Below, piece after piece: positions 44,926-55,418 of a stretch of DNA of 55,418 nt. Every line of letters begins with the position of its first letter. Position 1 is the first letter of the stretch. The position numbers were made by a program, and so were the translations under genes. The notes beneath the pieces are model-generated. The model was given only the letters and a program-made list of their open reading frames with translations. It ran no database searches and had not been told where the DNA came from. Origin of the DNA: Macrostomum lignano (Eukaryota); assembly GCA_002269645.1 (NCBI GenBank), contig NIVC01004203.1, positions 1-55,418 on the forward strand, given 5' to 3'.

Positions 44926-46970
44926 AAAATATTATCCGTGTATAACGATTCGAGTTTTCAGCTCAAAATTTGAGTACGAGTAGAATGATTATTAAAAACA
45001 CTACCATAGGAATGCAGAGGAATACCCCAGCAAAGCACTATTAAATTGCATTTTGCTCAGCCAAATAACCGAACTAAGATCTCCCCCGTTTTCTCTCTAC
45101 CCGCTGGGGAGGCACTGCAGAGCTGCATGGGCTGGCACGCATGGGGGCCGGGGGCGGCCGTGACGGCAGTTCTATTTTTAGCATCAGAGAATTGCAAACA
45201 CAACAAATACGGAGGGTTTCGTCATAGCAGAGGGCAAAATACGAGTAGAAAAGAAAGAAAGGAAGCCGAAGGACACTGCAATGATATTTTTGCTTTGGAA
45301 AAGCATTTTGCTTATATAGCTGGCTGCTGCAGCACTGTAATAATACTATATATTTGAGAAAGCATGAGTTTCTCTTTTTAGATTTTTGCAAATTTTATTT
45401 GCTTTTTTTACAACAGGACAACGATAAGAGAAGAGCGAATATGGAGGGGCGGGGAGCGAATGCTTGTTGGCTTCGGCTGGGCCACCAGACTGAAAGAGAT
45501 GAGTTCAGGTATAAAAATATTTATTATTATAGTTATTACACGCTTCAGTAGAGAAAAATACTAAAACTCAAGGGGTCGCACAGTCTCACGTTGATATGCT
45601 TTGACTTAGCAGACTTAAACAAAAACTAAAAAAACAGCAAATCAATTAATTATTCGTTTAAAAAAGATTATATAGTTTTCTTAGAAAGAGAACTATCGGT
45701 GCTTAGGAGAGTAGAGGCACCCTGTCACTCAGACAGGCACAGCGATATCGGATTAGTAATAATAATAAGTAAATGCTCTGTGAGTTTATAGTAACAATAT
45801 AATTAATAATATTTGAGGGGCCGCGAGCGCTCTGATCCCAGATTTCATCATTTTTAGGGATCTTATTAAATAGAAGTAAAGGATTAGAATCTCAGTTCAG
45901 GGATTTCTAAAGTTCCTTTTGAGATACAGATTTTGGGATATTTACAGAACTGGACACGGGGATTCAAATCCTTATAGCGACTCAAATCCCACTTGGGGAA
46001 TTTCAGCTTCGGAGTTCTGTTAGACATTGTGAACCTTTTTTTGGGGTTTTCAATAACAGGATATAGGGGATTTTTCCACTATTTACACGCGGCAGACTCG
46101 TGGCGTCGGGAGGATGGAGGGGGGCTGCCCCCCCCCCCCTGCTCAGCTCTTGAGCACCGCCGCCGACTCAGCTTTTGCACTCAGGCCGCCCTTGGACAAA
46201 CAGGACAGAGGGGAAAACATTTGCAGTGCATCAAAGCAACTTGTGGAGCAAAAAACGCAGGCCGACAACAACTTATTATCGTGAAGCAGATTTGAACAGG
46301 TCGGGAAAGCTCTCGGGGCTAATTTGTGCTGCGCCGCCTGTGTCGCAAATGGCAAGCAGTAAAAGAAGACAAAAGCAACACGGAACAGTGAATAACTGTC
46401 TGAAAACTGTGAACAGGCCGGCCCAGGAGATAGCTAAAAACACAACAGCAGTTAGGGAACAGCAACAGAGTACAGCAGGAGGGAGTGGCGAGCTCCATCA
46501 TCAGGAACAGTCGGGCATCTTGAGAATATCTGATCCTGAGTACGCTAATTAGCTAATTAACATAAAGACATAAAGACATGTTGCAGCAAGCCAGCTGGCT
46601 TCGAGTACTGACGGGACCGGAATATTTTATCACAATTTTTGTTGGATTTTTTGCAACAGTTATTAACATACAGAGGGAGCGGTGCAAAATAGAAAAATGT
46701 ACACAGAAAAAAAGCATGCAGTTGCATTTTTCTTCTTTTTCTTCTTTCGAGCTTTGAGATATCGGGGAGAGACGCGGGAGCCAACAAACAGCACAGCAAG
46801 CAGAAGACAAGAAGCAAAATACACAGCAATTGACAGCAGTGCGCAAGCAGCAGTGGACAGAAGCAGAGACGTGAGAGAGGCAGAGGGCTAAGAAACAAGA
46901 AATAAACACAGATTCCATTTTTCAGGAGGCTGCAGCTGTCTGGGGGGGATATTTATCCCAAATCCCAGAC

Positions 46971-49900
46971 TCAGTCGAACAGGCGCCCGATGTCCAGGTT
47001 GTCCTCCTCCAGCCAGTCCTCGCGGATCGGGTCCAGCAGGGAGGCCTGGGCGGCGGCCGACGGCTTCTGCAGGTTGCTGATGGTGCGGCGGCTGAGCTGC
47101 CAGACCAGGGTGCGCGGCGCCGGGCTGCGGTTTTGAACCCGGCGGCTCTCGACCTCCAGGTGGGCCGAGCACACGGACAGGTCGCTGTCTGACACCTGAG
47201 GCGGGTTACGGGGATATTCGGGGATAACCTTTTTACGGCCGATTGACGTTAATGATAGGTGAGACACAATGTCACGATCCCAAAAATGTTCATCTAACAT
47301 TCGATCTAACATTTATTGCTTCCTGGCATTCTCACCTCCAGCCTCTTCTTCATGAAGGCGATCGCGGCGTAGTCGCAGTCGTCCAGGTAGCGGCCAGCGA
47401 TGCACAGGGCCAACACGGCGGGCCGGAAACTGTAGACGGCCACTGAGCACAGGCAAATCTCCAGGTCGCCAACAGCTCGCTGGTAGCTCTTGGCGCTGGG
47501 GAAAAGCGGCTGCAGCAGCTGCAGAAAGTGCAGCGGAGTGACGGCCAGCTCCATTGGAGGCACGATGGGGTCGCCCAGCTTAGTCCGAATAATGCCCTCC
47601 ATGCGCTCCAGATCGCTGGGAGAGCCGCCGCAACGAGCAACGCTGACCAGCTTCTCTGGCGATGGCCAGTCCTGAAAAGTAATAAAATGAATGATCTTCG
47701 TCTTAAAATTTAGATTCAGTGTATCTTTTTAAAGGTGAACAGGTCCTATTTTTAGAATGAGTGTATAAACCCAGATTTCTGGTCAACCTTTAGTCATTAG
47801 ATTTAGCCTAGAAAAAAAGAAAATTTGACGAGGCAGAGGGGAAACTCCTTTATTAAATAGCAGACTTCTATATTTGGTTCAACACGCTAAAAATCTGTTC
47901 AATAGAATTCTTTGGGGAAAGGGGGGAATCTCAGAGAATATTCTAGAATTATTGTGCCTATTTTTAGCAATAAAATTTCCACTAGTGAAGCTACAGGCGC
48001 AGACCGAGTGTTAAAGTGACTCATTTGGCACACACACACACACACGGTCCACACTCAGCCCACAACAAGCCCAGTCGAAACTTAACTGCTAAATGAATAG
48101 GGGGAGGCCTAGATGGGGTCGTCAGTACATAGAAAGGAAGCCACACTCCGATCTGCGTTCGGTTGAAAGTTCAGTTCAGCCGAACCAAAAAACAGTAGGG
48201 AGGCGTGAGACGCGATGGGCCGTCACTCCCGACGTGCCATTTTATTAGCACAGGGCACTGAAATAGCAATGCCTCCCATGCTGTGCGCTGCCCTAACACG
48301 AGGACGGGTAAATAAAAGTGCAAAGCCAATAAACAGGCGAACTGAGGCGGTCATTATAAGACGGGCACAAAGGAAGTCAGAGGCTCAAACCTAAATTGAA
48401 CTGAACAAGTCGCGGGGACCAATAAAGTTGGTAAGATAAGAAGTCAATTAACTTGGTCATGTGATGCAAATTGCAAGCAAAGCTTACCTCTGGGTCCTCG
48501 ATCATCTTGCAGGCGATCAGATAGGCGGCTGTTGCAACGCAGGCCATGTACTTTGGCTTAACCTGAAATAATGATCAAGTAAAGGACAATTAGTGGCATA
48601 ATTAGATGCGTATATTAATATAATAATTATGTGAAGTTTTTAACTGTAGAAAGCTTACCTTGATCTTCATTATGAAACGATCGGAGATGTTCACGGCATG
48701 AGCGAAGCACTCCGGCGCCAGGTTGTAGAACTTGTGCAGGAAGCGCAGGTTGAATATGGCCTCATTGCGCAGTATGGCATCAACTTTGTCCTCGCAGGCC
48801 TGAAATAAATTGAAGTTGGGTTTTTTGAATTAATTAGCATAATCAATGTGGAAAGTACCGATTCATTTCATTATAGATAGGGCTGGAATGTCAGTGAAGT
48901 GACTCACCGCATTGATGCGGAACAGCGGATCGGCCTTCGGATGGTACAACAGCTCGCTGTCTAGCAGCTTTTCCAGATTCTCCTCGAAATCCTTCGGCAA
49001 AGAGGGACTAACGCCAACATTGGTCTGAAAATTGGGGCAAGTGAATAATAAAAAGTAATTGCACAATATTTCCTTGGCAACAATACAATCTATTTGCTGA
49101 TGCAGCTGGACATGAGATAGTGGGAAAAAGCATAGTCTTAACCTTTAGGTGATAGGGATTCTTTGTCAGTTAACTGGTTTTTGGTCTGCTGAAATATTTA
49201 CGCCCGGGCCGGTCCCGCAGTCAAGAGAGAAAGTATGCTAATGATGACAAGAGCCTCTGGGGCAGGATTTCTGTTTATTTGTGCAAGCGACAAAGCAGAA
49301 GCCACGTATTAGGCATAGCTAGGCTAGCTACAGGTTACTATCTGCAGGGACTGCAGGCAGTGACTTCGAAAACTTGGACCAGTTAGTTCAGAATAAGCTT
49401 AAAAATGAAAGGTCTTCTTTGTTCGGCAAATCTTCCCCACCCCAGGTGGATCCGATCTCCGTCTTGGTTCCAATCCAAAACCCCATCGTTTCTGTCAGAG
49501 CCACGTGACATGTGTGTGTCTGTCTAGTCCAAAGGTCGCACGCAGGACAAGCCCCTCATTGCTCATTGGGGTTTTTGAATAGGGAGCTCGGGCACAGGCA
49601 CAGCCCCCCTCCCCCCAACCCATATGGCACAGGTATTATATTATCGAATTTATGCCAGTCACGACGTCTCTGCCCACCGCCTCCAACGTGCAATGGAGAG
49701 GTTGAGTGACGGATTGCTTTACTATTGCTTGCTATTACTAAAAGTGTTGTGTATGCACTGTGCAAGTTTGTCTTTGCCTTATGTTATGCTAGACCCGAGG
49801 GTAAGGCAGAGAGCGAAGGAAAACCCACCATGATATCTGGCGCTAACAAGCTGAAGTTCAGTAGATACTAAGGCCAAGGGCAAGGGTAAAGCATAGAGAA

Positions 49901-50233
49901 ATTAAGTCGAGATTGCCGGGTAAAACAGGGTAAAACGCTATAACAGGATATTTCTCTTAGCCTTACCGAGTGCGGAATCTCTATCTCGCTGTTATCCTCA
50001 GAGCTAGCCGGCGACTCCGCCAGGTGGCAGAACATTTGGGACTCGCTCCGCCTGGCCTCCTTGTTGCCCTTGGACCAGTCGGCGGCAATCTCGGGTGTCG
50101 AGCGCTTCTTCATGCGCTTCCGCCTCGACCGGCGCTCGCAGCGGCCGCCCGTTGACCCGCTGCTGTTGTTCATGACGACATTGGAAGCCGTGATGCCCGA
50201 GCGCGCAGACATTTTTGACAGATTTTGGACCAT
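46971..50233 (-). CDS. CCNG: Cyclin G (6 exons, ~386 aa)
   Basis: Exons 50233-49967, 49024-48908, 48799-48659, 48562-48488, 47671-47336 and 47195-46971, all phase 0 with GT-AG junctions; cyclin box (..HAVNISDRFIMKIKVKPKYMACV..AYLIACK), SDLERME.II..KL, and the cyclin-G signature LVWQLSRRT. Confidence 0.88.
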
Positions 50234-50554
50234 GACAGATGTAGTAAAACTCTTGGTATGGTAACGGTAGCTGAGTTACGAATTAAAAAATTCTAGATGA
50301 AAAGGGTGATCTGAATTCTAAATCTTAAAGACTAAATAACTGACTGGTTTGAACTGGCAACAGTTGCTAGTGCACAGTGTGTGTATTGAAAGACTTTCGG
50401 GCTGGGATGGATGAAGCTAAATCGCCAGTTTTAGCAATCCATTTCAGTTCTGCTAGAAAAGAAATAAGAAAAGGAAATCCTAACTAATAAACTAGCGGTT
50501 TCGTTCTTGGGGCGCAACTCAGCAGTGACACTGGCGGGGAACGGAAGAGCATTC

Positions 50555-50600
50555 GCTTATATAGTCATAGCCAGTGGGGGGGAAGCCCCAACCAATAAGA
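50555..50600 (-). promoter_or_regulatory. Candidate cyclin G core promoter (TATA + CCAAT)
   Basis: Minus-strand TATATAAG at ~50557-50564 and a CCAAT at ~50592, about 330 nt upstream of the ATG. Confidence 0.3.
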
Positions 50601-52682
50601 AGCCTTCTCGTGCCCAAGGTCGGTCAGCTGATTCAAGCTATTTCAAACCAAACAGCTGATTGCCCCAGCGCTGTCATGACTACGCTTTCCTACCAGTCTG
50701 CCCACAGACCCCGATTTTTCTCTCCCCCTCTGTGGCTTGAACGTTCTGCCCCTTCTTCTATATTCCATCATTCCAGAGTGAGGGGGAAAGCCCAAGAAAG
50801 CTTTGATGTACATTAGATTCTATAGCACGGGCCCGGCTCATGGGAAAGAGAGGGAAACACTAATTTTATAACGACCAGCCCCACCCACCCCAATTCGGCC
50901 CTCCCGCCGAGAACAGCCAAAGCCAGAGAGGCTCAAGCCGAAGAAAAGAGAAATAGAACTTGCATTAAGACAGGAAGGAAAGGAGGAGGTGGAGAGGCTG
51001 AGGATGGAGCCTTTCTTTGGCTTACTCATCCAGTCCTGTTTATTGATTTGCCTTCACATATTGAAGATCAGACTCAATTGGGACCTTACATGTTTTCAAG
51101 CTTATAAAGAAACTCTGGCCATACAATTGCCGCAAACTAATTTAAATTTAAGCTAGAACCAAATAAGCATTTCAATGTTTGTTACAACCGTCAGCCAAAA
51201 GGACTCAGACCCAACTAACAGTCTTTTTTGAGCCTCCTAGTCCTAATTGGTGTCCGCCTGCTCATTATTATGCCAGGTTAATTGGCCGTGCCCATGCAGT
51301 AGGCACGAGAAACCTGAGACTGTGCGGCATTTGTTGACTTGAAAATGGGACCACTGGACCAGCTAGTGAGTTTTAGCAAACGCTTTGGCGAATGACTAAA
51401 AACTCAAACTCAGCCCATTAGCTGACTGCACAGGCGTATCCGTGGCCTTGAGCTCCCCACTCACCTGAGCTCTAGTCAATGGGAAGTTTTGGGGAAACAC
51501 GTGCCGCTTTCAGTGAGAAGAATAATAACAAAGGGGCCCGTGGGGAAACAAAGAAAGCCCCAAAAATGGGGACGATGGCGACTTTCGAGAGAGGGGTGGC
51601 TTTGTTCCCCAAAATTTCATGAAAAAATTTCTGTTAAATGCGCGTGGCGGCGCAGAATTTAACGAGGGGTGGCAGATGGGGTGGGCAGCGGCTTTGCAAG
51701 GTGGGTGGGCGCCGATCCCCTCCACCTTCTTCCGGACTTGGCGTTGAGTGAAAAGAAAAAGCGGGGGGGGTCACGTAAAGGTATGAAGGTGCTTGAGGCT
51801 GACGCATAAACGACTGCTTTCCCAGCCAGGGATTTGAGCGCAGCGGGACCGCCAAATCATGTGATCCGGCGGCTAGGGAGAAAAGAAAGAAGGAGATTAT
51901 AGAATTACACAGGCCTGTATGGCAGATTATCGTTGGGCTGGGACGGAGAATTGGGAACAGAAGAGTGTTGTTGCATGGGATGGGAGAATTTCCAAAGTTC
52001 TCCGCTGCCAAGGTCTGGCTGGGTAGAATTCAATAGAAGCAATAATTGCCCTCTGAAGCAGAAATTCGATATGCCCCCCCAGTGCGCTGTTTATTGCCCC
52101 CGAGAGCGTGGCAATGGCAACTAGCGCACAGAAAGAAGAAGTCGAACAGACTTCGCTTCCAGCCACAAAAGCTTACATATACAGAACCTGAAGGCCCCAT
52201 CGCGCGCGCGGGGCCTTGCAAACTCTAATGGCATTGGAAATGTCTACAGGCCGCAGAAGTGCAGCCCCTGAATGCTTTTGTGCCTTCGTTCACCTGCATG
52301 CAGTGAGTGAGTGGCTCGTGAACCGATTTGCTCGCTAATTGCGAAAAAGAGGAGAGTCGAGAGAGGGAGAGAGGAACTCGGGTTCCCTAGGGGCTGTTAA
52401 ATCGACTAACTCTTCAAAAACCGAAAAATAATTAAGTAGGCGAAAATCGGATGTTTGTAGCCTTCAATACCTCTGCGTTCTCGCGCAGGCAAACAAAACA
52501 ACCAAGTTAGTAAAAAAACACGCTGACCAAAAATCACGCCCTTTTTAATTATTATTTAACGTGGGGTGGGGTTAGCAAATCGAGGGGGGTTGGCTCATGT
52601 ACATTAAATAAAGAGAAAATACATGTACAATTAAATAAGTAAAAACCCAAAAAAATTGACAAAAAAAACGAACCTCCAGAAC

Positions 52683-55418
52683 ATTCCCCCCTTCCTGATT
52701 GGGGCCAATCAGCAAAAAAGCAGAAAAAAATCGCCTCCCAGAAACTTAGGTACAATTAATTGAAAAAGGTGCAATTGTGCAATTGAAACGGTTGCAAGCA
52801 TAATTTGAAAAAAAACAGTAAAGTTCTGTAACCAAAAAAATGAATAGCGCGAAAGCAGAGAGTAACAATACGAATGCATGCAATGTGAAGTGTTAATTGG
52901 GCTCAAAAATAGTTAAATATAACCCTTGACTTCCGTCGCTAGCCAACACAAAAATCTCTACTAAAAAACGAACACAAACGAACTCAAAGACTGCTCAAAC
53001 GATAATTAGTGAAATAACACGGGATAAAAATGTCTTGAAAACTTAAATAATCCCTACTGTAAACATATGAAAAAATCAAAGCACAAAATCTGCCAAAAGA
53101 ACTCGCATTCAAGCAAGCAACAAAGTCTTTTTACTCAAAATAAAAAAACACAAAATACGCAAAAATAAGCAATCCATCACCACTTCAGCTATTAGGAGCA
53201 AAAAAACGGCAAATAATGACACGAAAAAGATAAATAATTCCAAACACCATAAACTAGCCGTCAAAAAACTACATATCTGAAAAGTTTTGTTTAGCATCGA
53301 AAAGTCCATTTTAACAATAAGTCAATAGTCACTGTTCACCTCGCTGCAGCAGACACAACTTCGTCACGGGTCGCAGCACTGTCCCACCGCCAGTCCGCAC
53401 CTTGGCCACGCGCACATGGCCGTCTCGTCCAGGAAATACCTCGAGAACTCGCCCGAGCGGCCAGTGTCCTCGAGGCGCATCCGCTCGTAGCGCCAAGACG
53501 ATGTCGCCGACGGCGAGATCCGGCTGCTCCTTGACCCACTTGGATCTGGCATTGAGTCTTGGCACCCACTCACGCAGCCATCGGTGCCAGAAGTGCCGCA
53601 CCAGCTCTTGGACACGTCGCCACCGCCGGCGCGGGTCGCGGCTGACCTCGGTCGAGACTTCCGTAGCAAAGTCACCACCCAGCTGTCCATGCAAGAAATG
53701 GTTTGGCGTCAACGGCGTGTCGTCCTTTGGGCTTGCGGTTTGGTATGTCAACGGCCTGGAATTGATGAGCGCTTCCGCACCGGTGAAGGCGGAATGCAGC
53801 TCTTCGTCGGTGATGTCAGCGTTGCTAAGGATGGCGCGCACAGCTCGCTTAGCGGCGCGAACCATAACTTCGTGGGAGCCGCCGAAATGGGGCGCCGACG
53901 GAGGCTGGAAGCGCCACTTGATGCCGCGCTCAGCTGCCGCTCTCTGGATTTTGTTCTGCTGCTCGTTTTCGAATTCTCGTAGTTCTCGCTCGCCTTTGAC
54001 AAAGTTGCCGCCGTTATCGGAGTAAACTTCGAGTGGCCGGCCTCTACGGTTGATCATGCGCGCGAAAGCATTCAGAAATGAGTCAGAATCCAAGCTGTAC
54101 GCCATTTCCAGGTGCACGGCTCTCGTCTCCAAACAGGTGAACAGGGCCAAATACCTCTTCGTTCGCCGTCTTCCGCGCCCTTGTACCGTTTCAAACGGAC
54201 CACCGAAGTCGACTGCCACAAAGCTGAACGCTCGGAGAGAGTTCTTCAGCCTGGCCTCTGGCAGCGGCGCCATCTGCTGCACCTCCGGTCCTGCTTTTTG
54301 CCTTCTGCATCGCGCGCACTCCTTCTCCCATTCTCGAATGGCTTCGCGCCCACCGACTACCCAAAACTTCGTCGACATCGCTGCCAGCGTCTGGTTTGTT
54401 CCGCCATGTCCTTGATCTTCGTGATAGTGCTTCACCAACAACTTCGTGACCCACCGCAACTTCGCCTCGGCAGAATGACCGGATGCTTGGACTGATATGA
54501 CAGATTCTGGTCGAACTTCAGTCTTCCGTCCACTCGCAGCAGTCCGTCCTCATCAAGAAATGGTTGGAGACAGCGAAGCTGACTGCTGGAGAAGACTGGC
54601 TTTCCCCTACGCACCTGCTGAACTTCTGCTTTGAAAGCTTCTTCCTGAGCCACGCGTAGGATTCGATCCTCAGCTTCTTGCAGCTCCTCGACCTCGAGGT
54701 CACCAAGTCGTCTCTCATCTCGCGGAAGTCGGCAATTACTGATGAAGCGCTGAACCCATGTTGTCACGCTACGCAGCCTGCGGTAGCTCGAAAATCGCTC
54801 TGGATTCAAACGCCAATCGTTGTCTGTGGTGTCGTTCGACAACAGAGTTACGGCCGCCGATTTACTACTCTTGCTCGCCTCTCGCCGAACTTCTTGATCT
54901 CCGTCAACCGATGTCGGAACTAGCCTTGCCGGCCAGCCATCCTCATCTAGCAGCAGAAACTCTGGTCCCGCGCTCCAGACCGCTGATTGGCAAAGGTCTT
55001 TGGCGCTACAGCCTCGCGATACGGCATCAGCGGGGTTCAGATCGGTCGGCACGTGACGCCACTGACAAGTCTTCACCGCCTCCTGAATGAACGCAACACG
55101 ATTTGCTACGAACGGCTTGAAAATTCTACTGCGACCTCGAAGCCACCAGAGCACATTTGCACTGTCACTCCAGAACACCGACTCTCTCAGGTCTAAATCG
55201 AGCGCATCTGCCACCGTCTGGCGAGTCGCACGCCAAGCACCGCCGCCATGAGCTCGAGTCTGGGGATGCTGCATGCTGCCAATGGAGCTACACGTGCTTT
55301 TGCGGCTACAAGACGAACACAGATTTTGTCCAGGCTTGTGGCGCTCCTGAGATAGATTACCGCGCCGTAAGCCACCTGAGATGCATCCACAAAGACGTGT
55401 AGCACTGCCTTTTGGTAG
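52683..55418 (-). mobile_element. BEL/Pao LTR retrotransposon, 3' part (runs off the window end)
   Basis: Pao RNase H ([27 protein letters not shown]), integrase (YSDNGGNF) and C-terminal W..FW..W..E/WPLGRV domain; candidate PPT GGAAGGGGGGAA (52695-52684) followed by TGT. The LTR end was not located. Confidence 0.9.
53329..55418 (-). pseudogene. BEL/Pao pol (RNase H to integrase) with two frameshifts
   Basis: Domains are split over three frames (55405-55193, 55274-54432, 54459-53329), with shifts near 55222 and 54460. Confidence 0.88.

Noticed and set aside
46175-46918. Short ORFs between cyclin G and the 20-bp array
   Set aside because: No recognisable motifs; the composition fits the cyclin G 3' UTR and its antisense strand.
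52193-52218. AAGGCCCC..GGGGCCTT hairpin as a Helitron 3' end
   Set aside because: No CTRR terminus at the expected spacing and no matching 5' end was seen.

Overview
Eukaryotic, repeat-rich genomic DNA with GT-AG introns, TTAGGG repeats and many minisatellites. It probably comes from a macrostomid flatworm such as Macrostomum; this is inferred from a close match to the M. lignano spliced leader (SL) as I recall it and has not been checked against a database. Host genes: (1) a tandem family of an orphan ~5-TM membrane protein with a conserved phase-1 intron (three intact copies, one frameshifted copy, one fragment); (2) a 3-exon ankyrin-repeat + STE/MAP3K-like kinase gene carrying one in-frame TGA, head-to-head with one membrane-protein copy; (3) two intronless rhodopsin-like GPCRs; (4) a 6-exon cyclin G gene. 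Mobile DNA: a decayed Gypsy (Mag-like) LTR element with a nested 1.28-kb insertion, a young non-coding LTR element (TRIM-like), two solo LTRs, a hAT-type MITE, a tRNA-derived SINE family and the 3' part of a BEL/Pao element. The main observation is that two unrelated mobile elements each carry an SL-exon-like sequence. An 800-bp solo LTR contains almost the whole leader (18847-18890, minus strand), and a TSD-flanked, (AAC)n-tailed insertion starts exactly with the leader's first ~23 nt (22158-22180, minus strand). This suggests cis-encoded SL mimicry or SL capture by retroelements. All coordinates were read by eye; no searches were run.
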